From the NCBI GenBank assembly GCA_028023455.1, contig JAQFVV010000006.1:6634001-6698000 (forward strand): a stretch of DNA of 64,000 nt. The letters run 5' to 3'. This stretch comes from Epiperipatus broadwayi. Its lineage: Eukaryota > Animalia > Onychophora. The notes under the pieces were generated by a model. It was not told the origin of the DNA. It saw only the letters and a program-made list of their open reading frames with translations, and made no database searches. Position 1 is the first letter of the stretch. Each line of letters opens with the position of its first letter. The position numbers and the translations under genes were made by a program. This document shows, one piece after another, positions 22,549 through 35,747 of the stretch.

Positions 22549-24017
22549 TCAATATTGTATAGTGCTGCATGAAGTAGTTTTGGGAACCACTATTTAACCA
22601 TTGTGAATATAAATTATACACGGGTCCTTTTGCTTATGTGATATATTACAATGCTGCTTTTAATTTTTCTGCTGCAAGTTATTACTTGTAGGAAAAAATA
22701 CTTAAAGAAAACTATGTTTCAACAATATTTTGCAATCATTTTCACCTTCAACAATATTTTACAGTCATTTTCAATATCTATTTTCAAAATATAGATTTAT
22801 AAAGTATATAAAAATTTAAAAATTAAATATATATGATAATAATTTCCTAAACATTTACAAATGCACATATATTTATAGACTTTATCTGAAAGTTTGTAAT
22901 GGTGGTATTTTAGTAGTAATTCATATGTTGAACAATTGCCGTTATCTAATATTAAATGTTAAATGCCTTTAGAAAAAGTTTAAATGTTTAAAAATTTGTC
23001 AAATACATTCAACTGCCTAGTAATAGCACTTAGCATTTAACACAATGTTTCAAATGGTGTTATTGTCCTCTTTTCTTCAGGAAGTACAGCTGAAAGTACT
23101 AACACATGAAAAGAACCTGTGCATTTAGATTCATGAATTTTGAACCTAATGTGATGCTTTAAATAACTAAGCCATTTTGTCAAAGGCAACACTCAGTAGA
23201 ATTTTAATGTACTTATCTATGTTGGTCTAACGTAATTTCTCTACTTGTTCTCCAAGTGCAGGACTATCGAGAGTTTAAATAGTAATTCCATATTAGACTA
23301 GTTAGCTTTGCCCACAAAACAAGATGAAGAAATAAGAAGAATCCTTACAGATAAATATATGAAATTCTATTGGCTGATACCTTTGGCAGAAGAGCCTGGT
23401 TGATTAGAAATAGTAGCTGACAATCTATAGTACACATGCTATTAGGTGGCATGTGGAAGATTTTTTGGTGGCATGGCTATCAGAAGAATTATAATCCAAG
23501 ATATGGATTAAGCATCAACTTTGTAAAAATGTTTCATGCACAGATTTAACAATTTATAAAAATAACCATTTTTTAATATACGTTGCAATCTGACATTAAA
23601 GGCTTACAAAATAGATAAAAAAACATTAAATATTTAAACATTGAGAATTTGGATTTAGAATTAATCAAATTTAACAATTGTGAAATTTGGAATTTTAAAT
23701 TTAAAAATTCCACAGATGAGAGAATGTAAAACGAAGACAATTAATTACCTTGACATATTTATTAATTCCTGATAGGTTTTCATATATGAAAAGTCTCTTA
23801 ATCTAATACTGTAAGCAGACATTCTTAAGGATGAAATGTATTATAAATCTGTATAGAAATCATTTAAATGAAAAAAATTCAAAAACATGCATAATATTAA
23901 ATACTTTAAACAGGCAAAACTCACTATACATATGCCACACACAGCAAGCTAGAGTAATCAATGGATACCAGAAGACTTGTGCATAAAATCCCCATCTAGT
24001 GCCTACTTATCCAATAT

Positions 24018-24057
24018 CTCCATACTAGTTTCTGGCTTGTGGCCTTCGTCAGTGAGG
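24018..24057 (-). ncRNA. Hammerhead-like motif, family A
   Basis: Minus: CCUCA-CUGACGA(24052-24046)-A-GGC cacaa GCC-A-GAAAC-UA-GUA/UGGAG. Confidence 0.72.
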
Positions 24058-24231
24058 AGCCTTGGATCTGAGAGCACTGCACCTAGATCTTAGAATCTAA
24101 TGCAATCCTCCAGCTGCCACCTTTTATCTCCATTTAACTACAAAACTATGAGTCTTAAATTGAAAACACCTTAATGTTTTCAATTCAAACCCATTATCTT
24201 ATATAGTCATATGGGTCTCAGATCCAAGGCT

Positions 24232-24271
24232 CCTCACTGACAAAGGCCACAAGCCAGAAACTAGTCTGGGG
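24232..24271 (+). ncRNA. Hammerhead-like motif, family A (G8->A)
   Basis: CCUCA-CUGACAA-A-GGC cacaa GCC-A-GAAAC-UA-GUC/UGGGG. Confidence 0.62.
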
Positions 24272-24639
24272 ATATTGGATGAGTAGGCACTAGATGGGGA
24301 TTTTATGCACAAGCCTTCTGGCATCCATTAATTACTCTAGCTTGCTGTGTGTGGCAATACATATAGTGAGTTTTGCCTGTTTTAAAACAGTTATATACAA
24401 GCATAAGAAGTGATGGTCATGTTATGTTAAATACATCAAACTATGAAGCAAATATCAAAGTGTTAACTTCAAAAGTTGAACCTCAGGGGAATCACTAATG
24501 TTTTAATATTATAATTTTATGATGTTTTTATATAATGTATATTATTGTAATCAAACAAATTTTTCTTGATATAGTTTTATTTGGTACATGAAGTGTCCAA
24601 CACTTGAATAGTAATTATCTGGCATCACAGTGAAGGTAG

Positions 24640-24895
24640 GTTTGTCCATTGGATTAGAGAATTACATTAAATTTATAATTTTTGAAGCTAAAGATCCAGG
24701 TTCGATTCTCATGGTAGTATTATTACTAGTCAAGCAATACACACCTGACGAAGAAAAGAGAGTAATTGTGTTGTATTCTAATCTGTGTGCTATTGCTAAC
24801 AGTTCAACATATTTGAAATTAAAATTTGACTTATTCTAAACATTTAACCATTAATTTTAGATGATGGAAATAGTCCAATATATCACAATTTATAT
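24640..24895 (+). mobile_element. Old tRNA-headed SINE-like repeat (family H)
   Basis: A-box-like TTGGATTAGAG and B-box GGTTCGATTCTC (about 24700; also GGTTCGATTCCC at about 13061); body shared with other H copies. Confidence 0.55.
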
Positions 24896-25239
24896 TGATA
24901 TTTCCATTTAATTAAGTCCTTAATAATAATATAAAAAAACATTAAAACAGGAAAAACTCTCCATACAGTAGTGAAGTTTAATGGTTTAAAAAACATTCTT
25001 TTCAAAGATTTTTTTAATATATTTATTTGTATATTTTTATTTCATTTTAGCTTGTCCATTCTTCATATATTTCTTGTTAGAAAGGGCTTACTTAATCACT
25101 GTGTATAATTGTAGTTCTATTATATTTGTATTATGTCATCTCTATATCTAATCGTAATTCTATGCTGATTCTATTCTTAGTTGTATCTTCACAAAGAAAT
25201 CAATCTATATTGTATCTTTTTAAAATATTTTTTAAAGCA

Positions 25240-25503
25240 CACCATTTTCTATGCTTGCACAACCTGTTAAAACTGAGGTAGAACTCTCCATACAGGAGTG
25301 ACATCCAATGCAAGCCAAAGTAACCAACAGATGCAAGGTTTGTTCCTAAAATCCCTACCTAGTACCACAAAAAACTAGTCTGGCAATATTGGATAGTAGT
25401 TACTAGATAGTGATATTATGCACAAACCTTTTTGCATTCATTGATTGTTCTGGATTGCACTAGGTGGCACTACTGTATGGAGAATCTTTGTCTCTGTTTT
25501 AAA
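25240..25503. mobile_element. Degenerate family A fold-back
   Basis: AACTCTCCATACAGGAGTG...ATGCAAGCC is mirrored by GGATTGCACTAGGTGGCACTACTGTATGGAGAA; contains the remnant AAACTAGTCTGG. Confidence 0.75.
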
Positions 25504-25910
25504 AAGAAATATGCCTATATGTTTAAAAAGAAAGAGTGGATCATTTAACAGAAGAACAATAGAGACTTCAGACTATTCAGTAAAGTATGGAGAGAAATAT
25601 GTTAGAAGTAACAAGAAGAGATTGAAAATGAAATATGTCTGGTATCATTTTCATCATTGAAAGAATTAAGAGACTGAAATAGAGCTGAGCTGGACAACAG
25701 AAGATGTGATAACTGAAATTTTAAATTGTATCACAAGAGGTTGTAAAAGACCTAGAAATAGACCATGTGTAAAATGGATTAATAAAATAAGAAAGTTTGC
25801 TGGTGTATTGTGGAAAAGAGATGCTAGGTATTGGAGAAACTAGATTAAACTTGAAATAATTTTCATCATACAGTGGATCAATATTGAATGAAAATGATGA
25901 TGTTAATAAT
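25500..25910 (+). mobile_element. RTE LINE 3' fragment
   Basis: AATATGCCTATATGTTTAAAAAG through CAGTGGATCAATATTGAATGAAAATGATGATG is colinear with 10358-10830. Confidence 0.82.
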
Positions 25911-26649
25911 ATTCATCATCATCATTATTTCCCATAATAATCATTCTCAAGTGCCCATATTTTTTTCTAAAAAAAAGTCTAAATTCTTCATTGATTTCAG
26001 AAACCTGATTGGCTAAAGATGTGTTCTTACAATTGTACATTCGTTACTATCAACTTCAATACTATCACACCCACACATATTTTAGGTTATTACTACCATA
26101 TTTTCAGAATATTACAGATCATTCTTAAGAGATATTCTTTCAGTGCCTTTGCTTTTAGTGATAAGGGGCATATCTTATTCCCTTACAAGAAGTTTGCCAA
26201 AGTAAAAACCCTAAATACAGAGCTGATCCTGTAGGTGAGGTGGTAAGGGAGTTGGCTCAGGTGCCAAATTGAAATAAACACTAACATAAAACCATATTTG
26301 AATATAGATATAAACATAATAATATCAATATATAAACAAAACAGAGATTAAATATGTTAAATTTAATTAATTAAACCGAGTATACTTTTGATACATATAC
26401 ATCATAATCACAGTGCACATGGGTTGAAAATATATTCAGTCTAATTAATTTCATTTAACATATTTAATCTCTGTTTTGGCGTTTTATATTATTATCAATA
26501 ATTATTATCAATAATGGCAGCATATCAAGATATTTTTATATAATAATATATATAATCCTTAAAACTTAGACAATCCCAATATCAATTACAATCAACAATC
26601 TCGACCTGTTGTCAAGGCAACCTCCTTTTAATAATAAAGGTGGAATATA

Positions 26650-27760
26650 TACATTTATTTTTTCAAGTTAATAGCTTGATAATTAAGCAAGAAATTAAAG
26701 ATAGTTGCTAGAAGAAAGATGCATTAGATGCAAATGATGCAGGTGCATTACTCCCAAATCCAAAGCTCCTTACTGAAGAAAGCCATAACTTAGAAACTAA
26801 TCTGGGATATTGTAAAAGACAGCATCAGGTAAGTATTTATCAAGCACTTCCATATGTTGACTAGTAATTACTCAAACTTACACTAGATGGCATAAGTGGG
26901 ATGAGATAAAAAAAATTGCTACTAAACTGCAATATGTAAGCTGATGCCATTTGATATTTCATTGGTTTTATAGCAATCCTAACCAAAGGATGATGTGCCC
27001 ATAGCTATTAAAATATGTGGTCATTATATTATATAGATCCAAACTGATTTTAGATCTATATTACTATACAAACAAATTGGTGTAGACTGAATATATTAAT
27101 GTGTTTTTCAATTTGGGATGATAGCTTGATCGTAAAATATAGCAGTAAAAGATGGCTTCTAGTGGATGGGTGCATTAGATCAAAAATCCAAATGCACTGA
27201 CTCATAGACTTAAAGCTCCACACTGATGAAAGCCATTATTTAGAAATTCATCTGGTTTATTGGAAGGGACTGTATGTATTGGATAGATTTATTAAGCACT
27301 TCATTTGGTATCTAGAGATTATTCAATCTTACAATAGTACCATAAATGGATGAGATGAGATAAAAAGAATTTACTACTGAACTGCATTATGTAATCTGGG
27401 GTCATTTGATGTTTTATTGGTTTTATACCAACTCTATCCAAAGGAAAGAGATACCTATATCTATTAAAAAAACTAAGAACATCATAACATATAGACATCA
27501 AACTGAAATATTAATATATTTTTCAGTTCAGGGTCATAGCTTGATAAAAAAACAAAGAAGTAAAAGATTCTGGGGAAGAGGTGCATTATATTCAAAAGGT
27601 CCAGGTGTATTGCTTCCTGACACAAAAGCAAGAAACTAATGTATGGATACTGAAAAGAAATAGAATTGAATAAGGATTTATTAAGCATTATCTTTTAGCA
27701 TCTATTAATTACTCAATCTTACACTAGATGGTGTAATTGGAACAAAAAAAGAAGAATTTG
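26650..27760 (+). mobile_element. Tandem trimer of 400-450-bp family A-like monomers, each with a decayed HHR
   Basis: HHR remnants: CTGAAGA..GAAAC-TA-ATC (26773), CTGATGA..GAAAT-TC-ATC (27223), CTGACAC..AGAAACTAATG (about 27619). Each is preceded by TAGCTTGAT and followed by ATTTAT(C/T)AAGCA. Confidence 0.7.
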
Positions 27761-28589
27761 TTTATATATAAATGAATGTTGATAGACTTTTTATTAAACC
27801 AAATTTTAACCCCAGGTATAAACTTTAAAACAGTTTTTAAAATAGAATGTGGTAGCAGTGGTTTTGGGTGGTTCTTAGAATTCAAAATCGCCATGAGCAT
27901 TCTCTAAATCAGTATTCATTTTCCCAAAGAATTTAAAATGTAAGATTGTTAATTGTAGTTTCTAAATATATGTATATGTTTCAGATCACCAAAAGAAAAA
28001 ACACACTGTTATAAAAACATTTACTTCACTTCACAACAAAATACTCAGAAGACATTAAACTTGAACTCTTGTTGAAAAAAATCAGGTGGCACTTTGCTAG
28101 TATATACTATCATAGCTACAGATTGGAATTAATACTTTTTGAACTAATAATTTTAATACTGATTTCTGCACCAAAAAATGGCGTATGGTAATCTAATATT
28201 AGAGATAACCACACCCACAAAAAAGAAAAGATAAAAGCAATAGCAATGGTGTTGTAGCACCCAAACATCTCAAAATAAACAAATTCGTAGCTACTAAATA
28301 GGAAAATAAATTGAGAAAAATTGTTACAAAAACATTTGAAATGATTTGCAAGAATATTTGCAAATAGTTTGTGAGATTTCTGTTTATCAGGGAAATCAAT
28401 GAACATAATTTATGAAAATGTGAAACAAACTATCATATTTCATGTTATAACTTGTGATTCGGGCATGTTACCCTCTTAACATTTTTATAGTGAATGTCTA
28501 AATTATGTCACTACACCACTATATAAGATGTGTAGTAGTTCAGAGTAGAGAAATGTACCTTTTCATAGAAACACACTGTAATTAATGAG

Positions 28590-28633
28590 ACAACTGATGA
28601 GTGCTGGTTCAGCATGAAATGCACATCTAGAGG
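28590..28633 (+). ncRNA. Hammerhead motif, family C (core intact, helix I weak)
   Basis: CUGAUGA(28594-28600)-GUGCU gguuc AGCAU-GAAAU-GCAC-AUC/UAGAG. Confidence 0.75.
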
Positions 28634-28920
28634 ATCATATATCTCTTCCATGTCTTTGGTTGTACATTTATGATTACATCCCTCCACAGAGTGTTAAAAG
28701 TGGATACAAACCGGTCCCTATCATGTGTAAGAGCGGTGTAGTAAAAATTACTCTACACAAAATATTATTCATTATCTCTAGTCTAATGAATGACTAATAT
28801 TTAAGTGGTTTGTGTCAAAGTTGTGAGGGCAGTAAGTTTGACATGTCAATTAAACTGTAGCATTTGGTTATCTATATATACTTAACAATGAAAATAATAT
28901 GTGTGAGATTGTGATCTGGG

Positions 28921-28963
28921 CCAATTGATGAGTGCTGTTTTAGCATGAAATGCGCATCTTGGG
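28921..28963 (+). ncRNA. Hammerhead motif, family C (C3->U)
   Basis: CCAA-UUGAUGA-GUGCU guuuu AGCAU-GAAAU-GCGC-AUC/UUGG; palindromic helix III AUGCGCAU; helix I 4 bp. Confidence 0.68.
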
Positions 28964-29714
28964 AATCATATATCTTTTTCACATATCTCTAATTAAACGT
29001 TTATGATTACAGACCTCCACAAATTGTTAAAAATAGATAGAAACCAATCCCAACATTGTGTGCAAGTCGTGTAGTGAAAATTACTTTATAGCAATATTAT
29101 TCAATAAGTGGATAATCTCTAGTCTAATAAATGACTAATAAAAACACTGTGTAATACATTATTATCAAAGACCCTACACCTATGAAATGTCATTGTGGCA
29201 CCTTAGTATATACCATCACCCTGATTAAACATTATGCATAAAGTAAACTATATACAATATTAATCAAAGACGCTACTTTTCTTTGAGGTCCTTCAATTAT
29301 TCAATATCTCATATCTTTAAATATATAAGACCCAATAACACAAATCTTAAAAGACGATTACAAAAGCAATTTTATGAGGGTAATTGATTAATTTTTAATG
29401 ACGTCTCACTGTTTTAAAAAAAAAAAACAGATCGGTATAATTATTTTTAGACAGGATGTTTTAATTAGTAAAACAATTAATTCCAATTAAAGTCTGTCTG
29501 TCCTTAAAGCAACGTATTAATATTCTTTTCATAAGAACTTTTTTATTTTATTTCTTATGAGACTCTTCCTATTAATAAAATTTAATTTACGTTAAGCTAA
29601 TGTATTTATTGATACTGCCTTAGCAACAAAATAAATTTTATGCTAATTTATGCAATAAGTTATTAAGATATAATCTACTAAGATATGAAAGTCTTCCCTT
29701 AGGTTCTACATTAT

Positions 29715-29970
29715 AAGCATGGACTCCAGTATCCATGATTTCAGTTATCCATAGTTTGAGAAAGGAGGATTAGAAATTCATAAATTTGAATCCCTAGATT
29801 GTACATTATTGGTAGTTATGTACTACCCACCCACCCCCATTCCTATCTATGGACTCACTATCAATGATTCCTGTTATCCATGATACGCGGGGAAGAATAA
29901 TAAATTAGAAATTCATAAAGTTGAATTTTCAGAAAAATGTGTGTGCCTGCCGTTATGATTACCCCGCACT
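29715..29970 (+). mobile_element. Possible pogo/Tigger-like MITE terminal fragments, duplicated
   Basis: Two copies about 130 bp apart of ATGGACTC..TATC(C/A)ATGATT(T/C)C..GTTATCCAT...TTAGAAATTCATAAA, resembling Tigger-type TIR regions from memory. Confidence 0.35.
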
Positions 29971-32164
29971 TATCTTTCCATACTCATTTCATAGTCATAA
30001 TCTCAATCAATCATGTGGTTGCTCTTTCTCTTTTTCGCATTACTTTATCTTTATGTTTGTTGTTTTTGCTGTCTTAGTATGTGCTTGTTTTTAAATTGTA
30101 TTGCAGATCCAAATATACCCACTAACCATAAAATAAAAAAATATACAACATTACAATACAGTACTAGCCCAAAAAAATGCAAAATTTATTAAAATTCTTC
30201 CATGGCCATGGTTTCATCCATCAATAAATAGACCTTTTTAAGCAATATTCTTCAAGATGCATACAACATATATATATACAAAACAAAACAGTCTTCCCAT
30301 TTTTTCACTTCAAGAAACAACTTTCTTTAACATCAAAGGATGTTTTTATGAGATTGATGGCCTCAGATTCACAAATTTTATCATCAAAAAAACTTTGATT
30401 AGTAAAAGTTATTAATATACTTCACTAAAGGGGTTTACATCAAAGTTATGAGTTCAAAAAAATTTGAAACGTGTCAATTAAACTATAGTTATTAGACAAT
30501 TGTTGAAGATGTGTGTACGAGATTGTGATTTGGGCCAACTGACGAATGCTGGGTACAATTATCTTTTTCATATATTTTTGATCATAAGTTTCAGTAATGT
30601 GAGATGGAATAAAAGTTTGAAATCTATTTAAATACACAGGTGCAAATTAATTAGTAAATAGGATAATTGTTATACATACAAAGTTAAATTCACAGCCAAG
30701 GTGTATTGATATGCAGGAACCAATCAGAGTGGTTCTGTAGCTGAATGAAAACAATAGCAGACCTATCCAAGCTATATATATAAAGTTTAATTTAAATATC
30801 TCTAAAAATCATGAGTATATGAATTAAAATTGTAATGAGCTATTTGGCTTACTTGAAAAGGATATGTTTCAAATGTACCTATAGTGTGAGAAGTTGGTCT
30901 AACTTCTGGAATGATGGGTGGTTGTGATATGACTGAGCTATATTGCTACTTAAAATATATACAAGGCAAATGTAAAACAGCCTTTCAAAGCAAAGATATT
31001 TTCAAAAGCTGTCATAAAGGACCAAGAAATTAAAGACATTTTCCTGACTTTCCAATTGCATGATAATGAAGTAATGAATATTTAGCCATTTTGTTTCACC
31101 CAGAGTTTAAAAAAAAGTTAAATATGTATTTACTAACCAATATTGTATGCATCATTGGGATAGCCTCTGATCCATCTACCTGATGGGAATCTAATTTTTC
31201 TGTTTTCATATTTTACTTAAATAATTAAATTAATACACTATACAGGCTTAAACCTGCATATATATATAATGTATGTGGAATTCGAACTCAGACGTTCACG
31301 CGACCCTCAACTCTTCATACCATCTTATATTGCTGACCCACCTGATCACATACATGTTGAAAAGATAAACACCAATATGCGTATTTCGTGCTAAACCAGC
31401 ATTCAAATCCTGGTTGTGAGCATGGTAAGCAGATATGTAAGTACAAAAAATCTTTCATCACAATATATATACAGTGATATTTTACAATGTTTAATATCTG
31501 TAAACATATATTTTATTTAGTGTTGATTGCTAAAATAAATAACAAGTATAAAAAAAGATTAAGAAGATATTAATTTCGATAATAAAACACTCCTGCAATA
31601 AACAGACGCGTATTTATTTATTTTCCCTGCCAAAATAATCTTCGTGTATTCAAGGTCATACTAATATTTTTGAAGATGAGATACCGCTAGCAGTTCAAAT
31701 GGACAGCTCTGAAAATAATTGAAATCACCTTAGAATATTTTCAAAATGCGCTGGCTTGTCTTAATATGTCAAGGTTACTTTTTCAATTTTAAATTACTAT
31801 TATTTCTATCAATCAGGGTTAACGTTGAAGACGTAACAGTTTTGGTATATAAATGACAAAAACAATAAATGTTTACAGCAGATCTTTACAAATGATAAGT
31901 AAATGAACTGATATTTTATTTCTTTAATTTTTGGCTCAATAAGTTAGTTGATTTGCAAATACAGTATCCATACTTAATAAAATTTATAATATAACTCTAA
32001 TAATAAGATGGTAGAATAAATTGTTTAAAAGAGACACAGACAAAGGCAAACTAATACTGTTAGAAAGTGTACATGCTTGATTGACTTTATAGACTGCTAC
32101 TTTTTTAGACAAAGAATTTATGTTAGATAAAATCTGTAGTAAATATGTGGTCATGAACAGTAAT

Positions 32165-33660
32165 CAACCTTGATGATAGAACCCACAATTTGAATGACTT
32201 TCAGATAAAAAGGTTATCTATAAATAACCATAGAAATCTCAAATCAATAGACTCTTTTTCAGATGTTCAATCAAAGTCTACAACCCAAAAAACATGACAT
32301 TTTGATAGGGTCCACAATTGGAATGACTTTCAGATGAAAAGGTTATCTATAAATAATAAATAGCTGTATCAAATCAAGGTACTCTTTCTGAATGTTCAAT
32401 CAAGGATTTATAACCAAAACATTATGGCATTTTGATAGGGTCCACAATTGGAATGACTTTCAATAGCAGCCTCAAATAAAGATATTCTTTCTGCATGTTC
32501 AATCAAGGATCTATAATCAAAACATCATGACATTTTGATAGAATTTATAATTGAGATGACTTTCAGATGAAAAGGTTACCTATAAATAATCAATAGCAGT
32601 CTCAAATCAAGGTACTCTTTCTGAATGTTCAATCAAAGATCTATAAACAAAACATCATGGCATATTGATAGGGCCCACAATTGGAATGACCTTCAGATGA
32701 AAAGGTTACCTATAAATAATAAATAGCAGTCTCAAATCAAGGTACTCTTTCTGAATGTTCAACCAAGGATCTATTTTGATAGGGTCCACAGTTGGAATGA
32801 CTTTCAGATGAAAAGGTTATCTATAAATAATCAATAGCAGTCTCAAATCAAGGTACTCTTTCTGAATGTTCAATCAAGGATCTATAACCAAAACATCATG
32901 ACATTTTGATAGGGTCCACAGTTGGAATGACTTTCAGATGAAAAAGGTTATCTATAAATAATCAATAGCAGTCTCAAATCAAGGTACTCTTTCTGAATGT
33001 TCAATCAAGGATCTATAATCAAATATCATGACATTTTGGTAGGATTTACAATTGTGATGACTTTCAGTTGAAAAGGTTTTCTATAAATAACCAATACAAG
33101 TCTCAAATCATAGTCCTTTTTAAATTTATAACCAAAAATTTATAGTATTTTGATAGGATTCACAATTCAAATGACTTTCAGATAAAATGATTACTTACAA
33201 ATAATCAATATCAGTCTCAAACCAAAGTATTATTTTCAGATGTTCAATCAAGGAACTACAACAAAAATCATGGCACTTTGGTAAGATCCACAATTGGAAT
33301 GACTTTCAGATGAAAATATTATTTACAAATAACAAATAGCAGTCTTAAATCAATGTCCTCTTTTTGAATATTCAATCAAGAGTCTACAACCAAAAAATCA
33401 TAGCATATTGATAGTGTCCACAATTGGGAATGATTTTTTACATTAAAAGGTTACCTATAAATAACCAATAACAGTCTCAAAAAAAGTATTATTTCTGGGT
33501 GTTCAATCTTGTGTCTACAACCAAAATCATGACATTTTGATAAGATCCACAATTGAAATAACTTTCAAATATAAAGGTTATTTACAAATAATCAATAACA
33601 GTCCTAAATCATCATTCTTTTTCTAGATGTCCATTCAAGAATATGCAACCAAAAGAATCA
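32165..33660. repeat. Satellite, 130-bp unit, about 12 copies
   Basis: GATAGGGTCCACA(A/G)TTGGAATGACTTTCAGATGAAAAGG recurs (e.g. 32778 and 32908); central copies near-identical, flanks diverged. Confidence 0.95.
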
Positions 33661-34409
33661 TGTCATTAAACTGGATTTCTCATGAGGTTTCAGATCCAAT
33701 AATAAAATCAACTGGATTTGATTTTCCTAGATGTTTTACAAGTCTTGTCAATAGATTCAGGGCAAATCATAGTTGATATGCTCATCTACTTTATAAAAGG
33801 AATTTAACAATCTATCTAAACATGGATAAATACAAATCACAAGTCACAAAGTTAATGATTGTCAAATCAAAGGTTACATTTGCTGAACTGAAGTGGGTAA
33901 CAAAGTCACTAATGATTCTCTTTTATGATATTCTGCTAAAATCAAGCTATCAAGAATAATAAATCCATGTAATAAATAAATTAATGGCAGGATTCAATCA
34001 AAAGTATGTCCTGCTGCTTTGTAGACTATGATGTTAACTCATTAAATACTAAGTTTTATTTGATGCAAATCATCTTTCCTGTCTCTTGACAGGTTTTTTC
34101 TCATTCTCTCTACTTTTAATTCAAATACTGGAAATGATATCTGGGTTGATCCATGGATCTTGATAACTGGCATGGGGGTCACACACTTTATTTGATATAT
34201 ACTTTACAAAATAAAAATCTAATGTGTTCTTATTTTTATAATTTTGATATATATATATATTCAAGATTTTTTATTATTATCAATACATCTCTAATTTTAA
34301 CTACACAATATCATAATCATCTACACGTGCAATAAGTCAGTCGACCTTCTTTCACCTGTCAGGTGAAATAAAGGTATCAAACAGTGGATCTTCACACACA
34401 TGTCGGTAG

Positions 34410-34495
34410 CTCAATATTTTTTTTCATTACACCACTCTTAAAACAAAGAAGGAATTGGTTCCGTTCCATTTTTTAACATCCTGTGGAAGGATGAA
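34410..34495 (-). mobile_element. Family C1 tail fragment
   Basis: Minus CATCCTTCCACAGGATGTTAAAAAATGGAACGGAACC matches CATCCCTCCACAGAGTGTTAAAAGTGGATACAAACC at about 28677. Confidence 0.55.
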
Positions 34496-34899
34496 TAATT
34501 ATTGCATCGCAGGTATATATGAATTTCCAATATTAATATTAAAATGTTGGCGACCTTTGAGGTATTTATAACTTTATACATAAAAAGAGAAAAGAAAAAA
34601 AAGGTTTTTAGTATATTCTCATGGCAATTTCTAAAGTAATAAATCTTCCATTTCTCAGATTACATCAAAAGATGATTTCTCTTAATATAGTAAGCTGGAT
34701 AATGCATTATTTTTGTTAAAAGAAAAAATCTTCGTAATAAGACTTCTTTTTATTTAGTATTAATTGAAATTATGATGATATTAAAAGATCTGCAAATGTC
34801 AAATTTTATGAATTTACTTCTTTGTCATCATCCAATTTAAATAAATACATTAATAATTATTGCTAATAATTTATTAGGCTATGGATTATATTTCTATTA

Positions 34900-35395
34900 C
34901 TTATCATCATCACCATTTTCAACGATATTGTCCACTGCAGTATTAAGGATCTCTCTATGTTTAATCCAGATTATCCAATCTCTAGAGACTCCACATTGTC
35001 TAAGCACATTTCTTAATTTCATCATCCATCTCACATGTGATCTCTTTCTAGGTCTTTTACAAACTCTTTGGGTCATATTTAAGATTTCAACTGTCCATCT
35101 ATTGTAATTTTTTCTACAATTTGTCCAATCCAGTTCCAATTTAGTCTCTTAATTCTTTCAATGACTTGTTTATGCTCTCACTTAGGTATTTCATCTTTGA
35201 TCCTTCTTCTTATTCCTAACTTAGATTTTTCCATATTTTGTTGAGTGGTCTGTTGGAGTCTCCATACTGCTCCTCATTAAGTGCCCAAGTCTTAGATCCC
35301 CTGATAATACACATTTATTCAAACTCTTTCTTTTCAAGCACATTTATTAAAACCTTTTTTTTCCAAGTACATAGGCATATTTTCTTTTAGTATTT
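34900..35395 (-). mobile_element. RTE LINE 3' fragment
   Basis: Minus ORF 34897-35139 NRWTVEILNMTQRVCKRPRKRSHVRWM; similarity continues to AAATATGCCTATGTAC at about 35375. Confidence 0.85.
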
Positions 35396-35747
35396 AACTT
35401 ATTTCTACCAAAAGTACTTCATTCAAGTTTAATACTAGTGCAGCTATAAACTGTGAAGTCTGCTAAAGATTAATTTATAAGTATTTTATATTACTAAACA
35501 CAATCACATTATTATTATAATCTCTTTTTTTATGAAGCATGAAATGTTATCTTTTATGTCCTTTATCTTTTTGATATGTCTTTATTCATATAATTCAATA
35601 ATATCTGATAGGTTAGAAATTTTAAATGTACAAATGCATGCTGTTAGGTTTTGTTTTCAAACTTTGATCATCTCAATGTCATATTACTAACATCTACCAG
35701 CACGAAAACTCAAATTGACTCTAGTTACACATGTATTTCACAATTAA

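Larger units (their letters stand above)
23905..24430. mobile_element. HHR family A fold-back with both HHRs, tail on right
   Basis: 23905-24072 is mirrored by 24216-24384; 140-bp spacer shared with the 17370-17480 spacer; tail 24385-24430. Confidence 0.93.
28560..29140 (+). mobile_element. Tandem dimer of HHR family C1, 331-bp period
   Basis: HHR cores at 28594 and 28925 followed by the same downstream sequence, ending CTCTAGTCTAAT(G/A)AATGACTAATA at about 28780 and 29120. Confidence 0.85.

Noticed and set aside
23262-23420. Exon-like frame TIESLNSNSILD*LALPTKQDEEIRRILTDKYMKFYWLIPLARRA after a pyrimidine-rich acceptor
   Set aside because: In-frame TAG, no good donor, and no recognisable homology.
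17195-24430. Family A fold-backs as MITEs
   Set aside because: Arm length varies, the tail is on one side only, I found no consistent TSD, and HHR motifs are embedded.
32320-33000. CAGATGAAAAGGTTACCT in the 130-bp satellite as a hammerhead array
   Set aside because: CAGAUGA rather than CUGAUGA, no GAAA after the short stem, and no helix I/III pairing.
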